Of a stretch of DNA of 64,000 bases, positions 7,426 through 15,726 are shown one piece after another. Within the stretch, counting starts at the first letter, position 1. Each line of letters begins with the position of its first letter. The position numbers and the translations under genes are program-made. Source of the DNA: Candidatus Saccharibacteria bacterium UBA6039 (lineage in GTDB: Bacteria; Patescibacteriota; Saccharimonadia; Saccharimonadales; Saccharimonadaceae); NCBI GenBank assembly GCA_002427805.1, contig DIZB01000030.1, positions 804-64,803 on the forward strand. Direction: 5' to 3'. Under the pieces are notes generated by a model, which ran no database searches, had not been told where the DNA came from, and was given only the letters and a program-made list of their open reading frames with translations.

Positions 7426-10400
7426 AAAATAACTTCGCTTTAATTGTTGTTACAGTTACAACCTTTGCCTACAACGTACTGAGGCACTTTGTTGATGAGA
7501 AAAAACTTGAAAAATGGAAGCCAATTCATCTTTGTTGGTGGTTTATTAGGAACGACATACCCATCCCTGCTTACTTTATTGGAAAAGTCAGCGCTCCTAC
7601 AGTCAGTACCCAAGCAGCGACGTCGGTTAGCTACACGACAGCAACCTTCAACGGTACGATTTCGAGCACCGGTGGTGCTAATCCAACCGTCCGTGGCTTC
7701 TGTTATATGGTGGGCACATCTGGAACGCCAACAACGGCGAATAGTGTGGTTAATCAAAGTGGATCATTTACAACCGGTACATATTCGCTTCCTGTGACAG
7801 GCCTTGCTGCGGGCACTGGATACAGAGTAGCTGCCTATGCGACCAACAGTAGCGGAACCGCATATGGATTAGTCGTTCAGGTAACGACACTTACTAACAC
7901 TCCACCTACTGTCTCATTAAATAGTCCGAGCAATGGATCGTCGACTACCAATACCACGCCTACAGTGAATTTTACTGGTACCGATTCACAGTCTGAAGCG
8001 ATCGAATATAACGTCCAAGTTGATACGACGAACACATTTAATAGTGTTTCGGGTAGCCCCCTTATCTCCGCCTTTTCGGCAACCAATGCCGGTTTTAGCA
8101 GTGGGCACCCATTCGCATCAGGCGCGGCAGTAAATTACGCCGTACAGCAAGGTCTTGCCACAGGTACGTATTACTGGCGTGTTGCAGCCATAGACCCGAC
8201 GGGAAGTAATACTTACGGTGCATGGTCTTCGACGTGGAGCATTATAGTGACTGCACCCCCATTTACAATCGCTGGCACGTCAAATCAAACAAGCGGGACT
8301 GTTTCGGTTGCTATCAACAGCACCCTTCAAGGTTCAACCACGACAATTGCTTCAAACGGTACTTGGACGATTAGTGGGGTGACGCAACCAACTGCTGGCG
8401 ACGCTGTAACTGTTTTTATATCAAGCGCGTCGTCTGCAAATGTGTCCACTGCCGTGACAACGTATGGGGGATCAGGTGGGATTACGGGTATGGTACTTAA
8501 TACTCATGTCTTATCACTTGGGTCAACGCAGACACAAAGCCTTGTTCTAAATGATCTCGGTAAGTATGACTACGACCAAGATTCAGCGCATATTTTGCAT
8601 AGTGCGAATGGTTCACCTGCAACGCTATTGATGGATCCGGGTAATGTATATAGTGATGAGTCCCTAGTAATATTATCTGGCAATACGCTGACTGTTGGAG
8701 CGACAGAATCACTAACTACCTATGATCTTGTGATTAACGGTACCGTAACGTCAGGGGGTGCAAGTGCATATATAATCACACATAACTGGACCAATAACGG
8801 TACCTTTACTGCAGCGTCATCGACGGTAACTCTTTCGGGTACTACGCAACAAACGCTTGCTGGTACACTGACGTCAGGTTCGGCGTTTTACAATCTGACC
8901 ATTTCAAATACATCTGGTACGAACCCGAGTGATAATGAGCGCACTGGCTTTGTCGCTGGCGTTATATTTTCGGTGGCTGCAACGATAACTGGTGCGTATA
9001 CAATCGGGTCTGGCTCCGCACGTATTCAATACCTTTCTGGTGCCACCTATAGTGTGACCAACGTTAACTGGGTAGGTACAGCTGGCAGTTTGATTTACTT
9101 TAGAAATTCGGCAACGACTGGAACATGGCTGCTTGAAGTGACGGGCGTTCAACTGTCAGTCTCTTATATCAACGTCTCTCGATCCGATGCCTCAGTCTCT
9201 GGCGGTACGGTCATTGCAGCATTCAACAAGACAAATGTTGATGCAACTAATAATGTCAACTGGCTGTTTACTAATACGCGCATACGGCAAGAGATCAATC
9301 TGATTGATGGTACCTCCGTCAGTCTATCTTCGTCCGGTCAAACGATAGGTCTGTCTAGTTTGAAGCCAAACTACGGTGGCACATTGACAGCACAACTTGA
9401 GGTTGTTGCGACGAATACTGACACTGTTGCGCAGACTATTGGCGTATACAATCAGTCAACGAGCAGTCTGATAGTATCGGTGTCAATTCCAAGTGGTACA
9501 ACGCAACCTACACTGTTTCAATCGGCAGCGTTCACTTTTCCAACGAGTGCTATAACTGCATATACCACTATCCCTCAGACGACAAGTAGTTCGCAGGTCA
9601 CGCTCACTTCAGCTCGCATAGTGATTCTTCAGGATTTAGGAACTGGATTACTTACGAGTACGGAGACACAAGTGGAGATCGGTAATGACGAGGGAGGGAA
9701 AAGAAATACGACATCGTCACCACTGACCTACCCAAAATATTGGCATTATACAGCAGCTAACTGGGATTCATCACCCACATTTTCGGCAGAAGTGACATAT
9801 ATCGTATCAACATCGTCGACTCAAGCGAATACAACAATTACGCTCGAACAAGATAACCTTGGCGATCTTGCAACCTGGTCAACTGCTGCAACAATCGTTA
9901 ACGCCGATCACTCAACAGCTATGACACTTTCGCCACGAGTAAGCTTTACGCCAATCGATGGAACAAACTACCGCATTGCTTCGGTTATCAGGAACACATC
10001 ATATAGCTATGATATATATACAGCAAAGATTGTGATAAACCAGTCGGGGACAAGCGTCACCAAGGTTGAACCACAGTATCTGGTTGCCAATACCTCCATA
10101 GGTTTAGGCCTTCAAACGGATTACATTTACTGGCTACCACTGCAATGGCATGGTGCGAGCATTCAATACTACCATGAAATTAGTGCTGATGCTTCTTCGA
10201 CTGATTCGGCTAAATTACAGTACAATCCTACGACAACGCCTACGGACGTGACGTTATCATCAGCTACAGGATCGGCCTACCGTAGTCGTGGAGGACTTAT
10301 GACAATGCCAGTAGCTAGCCTGATGACTGTCAATACGGTGAGTTCGCCGATATATGCCTCGCGTATTATTGCCGTGGTCAACACCGCGCTCAACACTGGT

Positions 10401-10520
10401 ATGAAAGTTTGGACCGGTACGGCATGGGGCTATAAGCCGCTCAAAGTATGGGATGGTACGGCATGGGTAATCAAACCGCTCAAAGTATGGGATGGTACGG
10501 CCTGGGTCGTAAAGGGATGA
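7422..10520 (+). CDS. 1032-aa Thr/Ser/Gly-rich cell-surface repeat protein (FN3/Ig-like modules)
   Basis: The start overlaps the upstream stop (ATGA). After an N-terminal hydrophobic segment come beta-sandwich-type modules (..ATFNGTISSTGGANPTVRGFCYMVG..YRVAAYATNSSGTAYG; ..IEYNVQVDTTNTF..GTYYWRVAAIDPTGSNTYGAWSS). The C-terminus carries a triple (M/L)KVW(T/D)GTAW repeat. Confidence 0.8.
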   Translation: MKNNFALIVVTVTTFAYNVLRHFVDEKKLEKWKPIHLCWWFIRNDIPIPAYFIGKVSAPTVSTQAATSVSYTTATFNGTISSTGGANPTVRGFCYMVGTSGTPTTANSVVNQSGSFTTGTYSLPVTGLAAGTGYRVAAYATNSSGTAYGLVVQVTTLTNTPPTVSLNSPSNGSSTTNTTPTVNFTGTDSQSEAIEYNVQVDTTNTFNSVSGSPLISAFSATNAGFSSGHPFASGAAVNYAVQQGLATGTYYWRVAAIDPTGSNTYGAWSSTWSIIVTAPPFTIAGTSNQTSGTVSVAINSTLQGSTTTIASNGTWTISGVTQPTAGDAVTVFISSASSANVSTAVTTYGGSGGITGMVLNTHVLSLGSTQTQSLVLNDLGKYDYDQDSAHILHSANGSPATLLMDPGNVYSDESLVILSGNTLTVGATESLTTYDLVINGTVTSGGASAYIITHNWTNNGTFTAASSTVTLSGTTQQTLAGTLTSGSAFYNLTISNTSGTNPSDNERTGFVAGVIFSVAATITGAYTIGSGSARIQYLSGATYSVTNVNWVGTAGSLIYFRNSATTGTWLLEVTGVQLSVSYINVSRSDASVSGGTVIAAFNKTNVDATNNVNWLFTNTRIRQEINLIDGTSVSLSSSGQTIGLSSLKPNYGGTLTAQLEVVATNTDTVAQTIGVYNQSTSSLIVSVSIPSGTTQPTLFQSAAFTFPTSAITAYTTIPQTTSSSQVTLTSARIVILQDLGTGLLTSTETQVEIGNDEGGKRNTTSSPLTYPKYWHYTAANWDSSPTFSAEVTYIVSTSSTQANTTITLEQDNLGDLATWSTAATIVNADHSTAMTLSPRVSFTPIDGTNYRIASVIRNTSYSYDIYTAKIVINQSGTSVTKVEPQYLVANTSIGLGLQTDYIYWLPLQWHGASIQYYHEISADASSTDSAKLQYNPTTTPTDVTLSSATGSAYRSRGGLMTMPVASLMTVNTVSSPIYASRIIAVVNTALNTGMKVWTGTAWGYKPLKVWDGTAWVIKPLKVWDGTAWVVKG
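10401..10517 (+). repeat. three in-frame 39-nt tandem repeats at the 3' end of the 1032-aa gene
   Basis: The units encode MKVWTGTAWGYKP / LKVWDGTAWVIKP / LKVWDGTAWVVKG. Copies 2 and 3 are nearly identical at the DNA level (ccgctcaaagtatgggatggtacggc occurs twice, 39 nt apart). Confidence 0.9.
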
Positions 10521-10532
10521 TAGGTACATAAG

Positions 10533-11456
10533 GTGGGTGTGGTAGTTAAACAGGTAAGCTATATTTTGAGTCTGGGCTTGGTGGTTATTATCGCTACCGT
10601 ATCTTTATCTGCATTTAGTTTTTCGCATCGAGTAAGCGCGGCTACACATATACAGGAGGGTCTTACAATCGCCCCTGTTCGTACAGAACTCGAGATTCCG
10701 CCAGGTACGGTTATGTCTGGAAATGTTACGATCTACAATACGACAACTCAAGATATGACAGTTAACATGTCAGCCGAAGGCTTTAGCGTTACGGACATAC
10801 AATATGACTATTCATTTGATCCGGGGTCAGCCCTTGTGAAATGGGTTCATTTTACGACTGACACATTTACGTTACTTCCTGGCAAAAGCCAAACGGTCGG
10901 CTATACCATCAGCGTGCCAATTGGTACTGAACCGAGGGGGCATTATATTAGTCTATTTGCGTCGACAACTCTGACGGGAAGTGGTGGAGTGGCTTCACAG
11001 GAGCGTGTTGCATCGTTACTGTACATTACTGTAGCGGGTGATGTGACTATGCTAGGGCATTTGTTATCACTTAATACGCCATGGATTACAGGTGGCTCAG
11101 CGTCATGGACAGCTACGGTGCAAAACACGGGGACGACTCATTTTCGAACGACGTATAGCTTAAACGTTAAAACACTATGGGATTCAACCGTTGCGACGAC
11201 GTCCAGGAACACATTAATACTCCCGAGTAGTGTGCGTTTGGTAGAGGATAGCATACCGCACGTACAACTGCCTGGTATATATAAACTAGTCTATGATGTC
11301 ACTATGGGTGATGCACCAACAGCACACGTAACCCACTACATACTCTATATGCCTTCGTATGACTTTATTATTATTGCGGCTATTTTGTTTTATATTACTA
11401 TTCTGATCAGCCGTCGTGTGACGAACAATAAACAAAAGAAGCTTGAGGCTAGGTAG
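10533..11456 (+). CDS. surface protein with signal peptide and C-terminal TM anchor (CscA/DUF916-like), paralog 1
   Basis: Signal peptide ..SHRVSA/ATH. Blocks GLTIAPVRTELEIPPG, EPRGHYISLFAST and LLYITVAGDV are shared with 13081-14100. The C-terminus is a TM helix plus basic tail (FIIIAAILFYITILISRRVTNNKQKK). Confidence 0.6.
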   Translation: MGVVVKQVSYILSLGLVVIIATVSLSAFSFSHRVSAATHIQEGLTIAPVRTELEIPPGTVMSGNVTIYNTTTQDMTVNMSAEGFSVTDIQYDYSFDPGSALVKWVHFTTDTFTLLPGKSQTVGYTISVPIGTEPRGHYISLFASTTLTGSGGVASQERVASLLYITVAGDVTMLGHLLSLNTPWITGGSASWTATVQNTGTTHFRTTYSLNVKTLWDSTVATTSRNTLILPSSVRLVEDSIPHVQLPGIYKLVYDVTMGDAPTAHVTHYILYMPSYDFIIIAAILFYITILISRRVTNNKQKKLEAR

Positions 11457-11997
11457 TTTGAGGGGCAGCCGTGTAGAGGACGGTTGTTGAATAGCTGCCT
11501 GCTTGCTTGGAAAAGTCCAACTTAACGCCGTATGTGACTGCTGTCGTATCGCCCGTAGTCGTTGGCCCCGTAAAACTCTTTAGTAGTGTATTAGTTGTTG
11601 TTAGCCCAATAAAGTTGGTTGATGCATCAGTATTATATCCCCAGGTGTTTGTGCTAAGTGCTGCCGCTGTGACGTTACCAGAGGCCGGTATTGTTGCTCC
11701 AGAGGCTGTTAGGCTCGTAGAGCCTATAGCACTGATATAGAGCTTATAGCCAACAACGTCCGTAGAGGTGACAACCACGTTTCCACTTGCGGTACTTAGT
11801 TGACCGGTATTGCTCGCGGTTGCTGCAATAGAAACATTACCTGCGGATATAGTGATTGAGGTTTGGTTTCCATAGGGCACATTTGCATCATATGCGCCAG
11901 TTCCATACGGTTGAGCGAAAACTCCGGAGCTGGCAACGAAAGGCATAAGAGCTGAAGCGAAGAAAATCGGAATATAATTTTTGTTTACTTTCTTCAT
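11449..11997 (-). CDS. secreted Thr/Ser/Ala-rich protein with a WxL-like C-terminus (Tyr variant)
   Basis: Signal peptide MKKVNKNYIPIFFASALMPFVASSGVFA/QP. Internal VVGYKLYISA..TNTWGYNT. Ends in KQAGSYSTTVLYTAAPQTT. Its 3' end overlaps the convergent upstream gene by 8 nt. Confidence 0.55.
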   Translation of the reverse strand: MKKVNKNYIPIFFASALMPFVASSGVFAQPYGTGAYDANVPYGNQTSITISAGNVSIAATASNTGQLSTASGNVVVTSTDVVGYKLYISAIGSTSLTASGATIPASGNVTAAALSTNTWGYNTDASTNFIGLTTTNTLLKSFTGPTTTGDTTAVTYGVKLDFSKQAGSYSTTVLYTAAPQTT

Positions 11998-12054
11998 GCT
12001 TGTGCTATTATATCATTTAGATAGTGCTTATTAAACAAACATAAAGGACATATT

Positions 12055-13080
12055 ATGCCTACATCAAGATTGAGATCATTTGCTAATAAAGTGGTCACCC
12101 TCATTACAGTCATGAGCCTAATCACGGTTTATGTGCCTGCGATGGCTTCTGCAGCATCCATTACCGGACGCAAAGTAGTCATCGGTAGTTCAGCACCAAG
12201 TGCAAGTACGACATACGCCTTCACATTTACGGTACCTACGACGGGGACCGCTATTCAGTCGGCATCATTTACCATTTGTACAACAGCCAGTGGTACGTGT
12301 ACGACTCCTGCGGGCTTTACGATTACTGGCTCAACGCTCACTGCTCAACCAACTGGACTTGGCGCAGCATCTGGCTGGACTGCTAGCACTGCAACGGCTG
12401 GTTCGCTTCGTGTTTTGAATGCATCAAACGCAACCGTGCCAAGTGGTAGCCAGGCCGTTAGCTTCTCAACAGTCACTAATCCAAGTACTTCAAATGCAAC
12501 ATTCTTTGTACGCATGACAACATATTCAGACTCTGGATGGACGACTCCTATCGATACCGGTACCGTTGCTGCTTCAACTGCTGGTGCAGTTACAGTGACT
12601 GCAACCGTCGACGAAGCATTGACCTTCACCCTGTCAGCAGCCACAGTAGCTCTTGGTACGCTAACAACTGGTACGACTGGTAAGGATGGTACGACAACTA
12701 TGACAGCATCAACAAATGCTGCCAGTGGTTATTCAATCACCTACACAGGTAATACGCTCACATCTTCTGCGGGTACCATCACTGGCCTCACAGCAGCGAC
12801 AGCATCTACGACTAATACAAGTCAGTTCGGCTTCAACTTAATGAGTAACACGACTCCGTCAGTAGGGACTGCTGTATCAGGATCTGGTACGGGCGCTCCA
12901 TCTGCTGGATACAATACAACTAACTTGTTCAAGTTTAATAGTGGTGACACGATTGCATCTGCAGCAGCTCCAACAAATAGCAATACATACACCGCAAGCT
13001 ACATCGCCAACATTGCTGGATCAACTCCTGCAGGTTCATATACAACAACCTTGAACTACGTTGCTACGCCAAACTTCTAA
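12055..13080 (+). CDS. secreted two-domain Thr/Ser/Ala-rich protein with a WxL-like C-terminus (Tyr variant)
   Basis: AAAGGA lies before the ATG. Signal peptide ..VYVPAMASA/ASI. The second half parallels the 182-aa neighbour (ASGYSITYTG..SQFGFNL..PAGSYTTTLNYVATPNF). Confidence 0.55.
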   Translation: MPTSRLRSFANKVVTLITVMSLITVYVPAMASAASITGRKVVIGSSAPSASTTYAFTFTVPTTGTAIQSASFTICTTASGTCTTPAGFTITGSTLTAQPTGLGAASGWTASTATAGSLRVLNASNATVPSGSQAVSFSTVTNPSTSNATFFVRMTTYSDSGWTTPIDTGTVAASTAGAVTVTATVDEALTFTLSAATVALGTLTTGTTGKDGTTTMTASTNAASGYSITYTGNTLTSSAGTITGLTAATASTTNTSQFGFNLMSNTTPSVGTAVSGSGTGAPSAGYNTTNLFKFNSGDTIASAAAPTNSNTYTASYIANIAGSTPAGSYTTTLNYVATPNF

Positions 13081-14100
13081 ATGACGAAAAAGGCGAAATT
13101 TCTACCGATTTTCTTACTGAGCGTTGCTGCTATGGCAACGCTCATCGGTTTATCTGCTCGTAGTGTTTCTGCACAGAGCAATGTTGCTGGGGCAGTAGAG
13201 GGACTACAAATTACTCCTGTTATTGTGGAACAGAGTAAAGTTCAAAAAGGAAGCTCTTATAGTGTTCCTGTGACGCTTACGAATGTCACAAGTCAGGATC
13301 ACACATATTATGCCGCTGTTAACGACTTCACGTCCCAAGACGAAACTGGCTCACCGCGCATTTTGCTCGATAGTACACTGCCGGATGCAGTATCTATCCG
13401 TACATGGGTATCGGTCGTCAAGCAAGTAACGATCAAAGCGAATCAAGCAATAATAATTAACGTTCAAATCAATATACCTACTAATGCTGAGTCTGGTGGC
13501 CATTATGGTACGCTACGATTCTCTGGCGTTGCACCGACACCGCAGAGCGCAGGCATTGGCCTTTCTGCAAGCACAGGTATGCTGTTCCTTATCAGCGTTG
13601 ACGGTAACATTACTGAAAAAGCCTCAGTAGCTTCATTTACAACTGCGACTACTGATGATAAAGCCACAGGCTTCTTTGAAAAAGCACCGCTCAACCTAGT
13701 TGTACGTATTAAAAACGAAGGTAATGTGCATGTTAAGCCTTTTGGCCAGATCCTCGTGCACGATATGTTTGGTGGCCTAGTTGCAACGCTACCTGTTAAC
13801 GACCAGAAATCAAATGTACTTCCGAGTAGTATCCGAAGGTTTGATATAACACTCAATAACTCGTGGATGTTCGGTCACTACACGGCAGACCTTGCCCTTG
13901 GCTATGGTACCTCAGGACAGGCAATGACTGCCACGACAGATTTTTGGATCATCCCGTACAAGCTTGTGTTGGTTGTGTTACTGGCACTTGCGACCATCAC
14001 CTTCATTCTTGTGCGGATGGTAAGGGTGTATAATAAACGTATCATCACAAAAGCAATACAAAAACATGACCAAAAAACCTCTAGTAATACGAAAAAGTAG
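13081..14100 (+). CDS. surface protein with signal peptide and C-terminal TM anchor (CscA/DUF916-like), paralog 2
   Basis: The ATG abuts the previous stop (TAAATG). Signal peptide ..ARSVSA/QSN. Blocks GLQITPVIVEQSKVQKG, SGGHYGTLRFSG and MLFLISVDGNI. C-terminal TM helix plus a Lys/Arg-rich tail. Confidence 0.6.
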   Translation: MTKKAKFLPIFLLSVAAMATLIGLSARSVSAQSNVAGAVEGLQITPVIVEQSKVQKGSSYSVPVTLTNVTSQDHTYYAAVNDFTSQDETGSPRILLDSTLPDAVSIRTWVSVVKQVTIKANQAIIINVQINIPTNAESGGHYGTLRFSGVAPTPQSAGIGLSASTGMLFLISVDGNITEKASVASFTTATTDDKATGFFEKAPLNLVVRIKNEGNVHVKPFGQILVHDMFGGLVATLPVNDQKSNVLPSSIRRFDITLNNSWMFGHYTADLALGYGTSGQAMTATTDFWIIPYKLVLVVLLALATITFILVRMVRVYNKRIITKAIQKHDQKTSSNTKK

Positions 14101-15205
14101 CACCAAAAGTCGAACGAAAAAGCCGATGGCTATTAAACTCGTTCATGCAAAACGACCTGTGCTAAAACACTTCAAGTTAGTTGAGCATAAACATACAGGT
14201 AAACTGCTCCATTTCAGGCACAGTTCATATGTAGCGCTGATGGGTATCTTGCTTGTTCTTGGATTCTTTTTGGTCATTAGTCAGAATATGACACGTGCCG
14301 AAAGTGTGACAATAGGAGCAATCGTACAGGCTCCACCACCAACAGTCGGGGCAACTATTACGTCACCGGTTGATGGATTTACTATCGTTAATATCAATCC
14401 GAGCGTCGTGAGCGGAACGTGTCTACCCGACTCGTTCGTCACAGTCTATAACGATGGTTCGCTATCAAGTTCGAATTATTGTACAAGTGCAGGTGTGTTT
14501 AGCGTCAATGTACAGCTACATGCTGGTAAGAATGTCCTGACGGCCCGCAACTTTGATGCAATTAACCAAGCAGGCCCGGATACACCTGCTGTGACGGTGA
14601 CTTTTAGTGCGGATACGCCAACGACTGAAGTAACTGTTCCTAAGTTGCCCGTTAGTCCGCTTGTTATTCCAGGTGTCAGTACTATTACGACGGGTACATC
14701 AGCCGAATGTGCTGACTATCAGCAGTCTGGTGCGCTTCCTGTCGGTGGTGAACCACACGTTGCTGTGGTGTGTGTGCCACGGATAGTTGCCGTGACTCAG
14801 GATCACACGATTGGTGTGCTTGTATGGGGTGGTTCCCCGCCATATGCCCTCGATTTTAAATGGGGAAGTGGCGATACGACACTTGTAAGTCTCGATCAAC
14901 CAGGCTATAAAGCAGTAAATGTCCACTATGCAAGTTCCGGGATCTATAATATCGATGTCCAGCTAACCGATCATGGGTCAAAAGCCGCAACCGGTGAGTC
15001 GGCTGTACAGGTGACGGGTACATCATCTCAGCCGCTTGCACAGGTCGTAAACAACATTCTCAGCTCTTCGTGGTTCGAGACACCTGTACCGCTGTATCTT
15101 AGTGCGGTAGGTGTGACACTTGGCTTCTGGGGTGGTGACATCTTTAACCGTTTCTTTGGCGCTCGAACTGCTCGCAGTAAAGTATCAAACTATATGCGCA
15201 AATAA
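14066..15205 (+). CDS. membrane-anchored Ig-like/PKD-like domain protein
   Basis: Basic His/Lys-rich N-terminus (HKHTGKLLHFRHSSY) followed by a TM helix. An Ig-like segment follows (ATITSPVDGFTIV..GKNVLTARN), then a PKD-like block (DFKWGSGDTT..VHYASSGIYNIDVQLTDHG). A second hydrophobic segment lies near the C-terminus. Met at 14126 is an alternative start that avoids the 35-nt overlap. Confidence 0.65.
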   Translation: MTKKPLVIRKSSTKSRTKKPMAIKLVHAKRPVLKHFKLVEHKHTGKLLHFRHSSYVALMGILLVLGFFLVISQNMTRAESVTIGAIVQAPPPTVGATITSPVDGFTIVNINPSVVSGTCLPDSFVTVYNDGSLSSSNYCTSAGVFSVNVQLHAGKNVLTARNFDAINQAGPDTPAVTVTFSADTPTTEVTVPKLPVSPLVIPGVSTITTGTSAECADYQQSGALPVGGEPHVAVVCVPRIVAVTQDHTIGVLVWGGSPPYALDFKWGSGDTTLVSLDQPGYKAVNVHYASSGIYNIDVQLTDHGSKAATGESAVQVTGTSSQPLAQVVNNILSSSWFETPVPLYLSAVGVTLGFWGGDIFNRFFGARTARSKVSNYMRK

Positions 15206-15234
15206 ATGACACACTATATTGCTTAAGGTATACT
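15206..15234 (+). promoter_or_regulatory. sigma70-type promoter (ATGACA-17-TATACT), 7 nt before ATG 15242
   Basis: The hexamers and spacer were read directly from the sequence. There is no SD between the -10 and the ATG, which suggests a leaderless transcript. Confidence 0.5.
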
Positions 15235-15241
15235 AAGAAAC

Positions 15242-15712
15242 ATGATTTATAACTGGCACAGAACACAAAAAGCAAAACTGACTGCGGGTGAACGTGCTGC
15301 CGATAGAATGCGCAATGGCATGGGGAGTTGGCCTTTTGTATTGTTATTTATTCTTTTTATGGGTATATGGGCAGTCCTAAATACCATGGCACCAATTTTT
15401 CACTGGGATCCGTATCCGTTTATCCTTTTAAACCTCTTTCTTTCGATGCTTGCAGGGCTACAAGGTGCTATTCTGCTTATCGCAGCTAAACGTCAAGATG
15501 CCATTAGTGCTGCGATGGCCAAGCACGACTACGAAACGAATATTCGCGCTAAGCACGAAATCGAACAGCTAACACGGCTCAATGAACATCAACTTGAGAT
15601 TATGAAATCACTTCACGTGGCCCTCGTTGGCGGTGATGTACCAGCAATGTTTAGCCCAGATGAACAACAGCAGGAATCAATGTCATCACAACAACCTCAA
15701 CAAAAAAGTTAG
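15242..15712 (+). CDS. DUF1003-family membrane protein
   Basis: GSWPFVLLFILFMGIWAVLN..WDPYPFILLNLFLSMLAGLQGAILLIAAKRQD followed by a coiled-coil tail. This is the characteristic DUF1003 layout. Confidence 0.75.
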   Translation: MIYNWHRTQKAKLTAGERAADRMRNGMGSWPFVLLFILFMGIWAVLNTMAPIFHWDPYPFILLNLFLSMLAGLQGAILLIAAKRQDAISAAMAKHDYETNIRAKHEIEQLTRLNEHQLEIMKSLHVALVGGDVPAMFSPDEQQQESMSSQQPQQKS

Positions 15713-15726
15713 CAATAGAGGCTTTG

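Noticed and set aside
10401-10517. A possible CRISPR-like or minisatellite array
   Set aside because: The repeats are contiguous with no spacers, in frame, and encode a sensible peptide repeat inside a long ORF. No cas genes are present, and no other direct-repeat/spacer pattern was seen anywhere in the window.
6378-10520. Prophage interpretation of the tail-fibre-like genes
   Set aside because: No capsid, portal, terminase, tape-measure, lysis or integrase genes lie nearby, and the flanking genes are cellular. The region is treated as a cellular surface locus with phage-like motifs instead.
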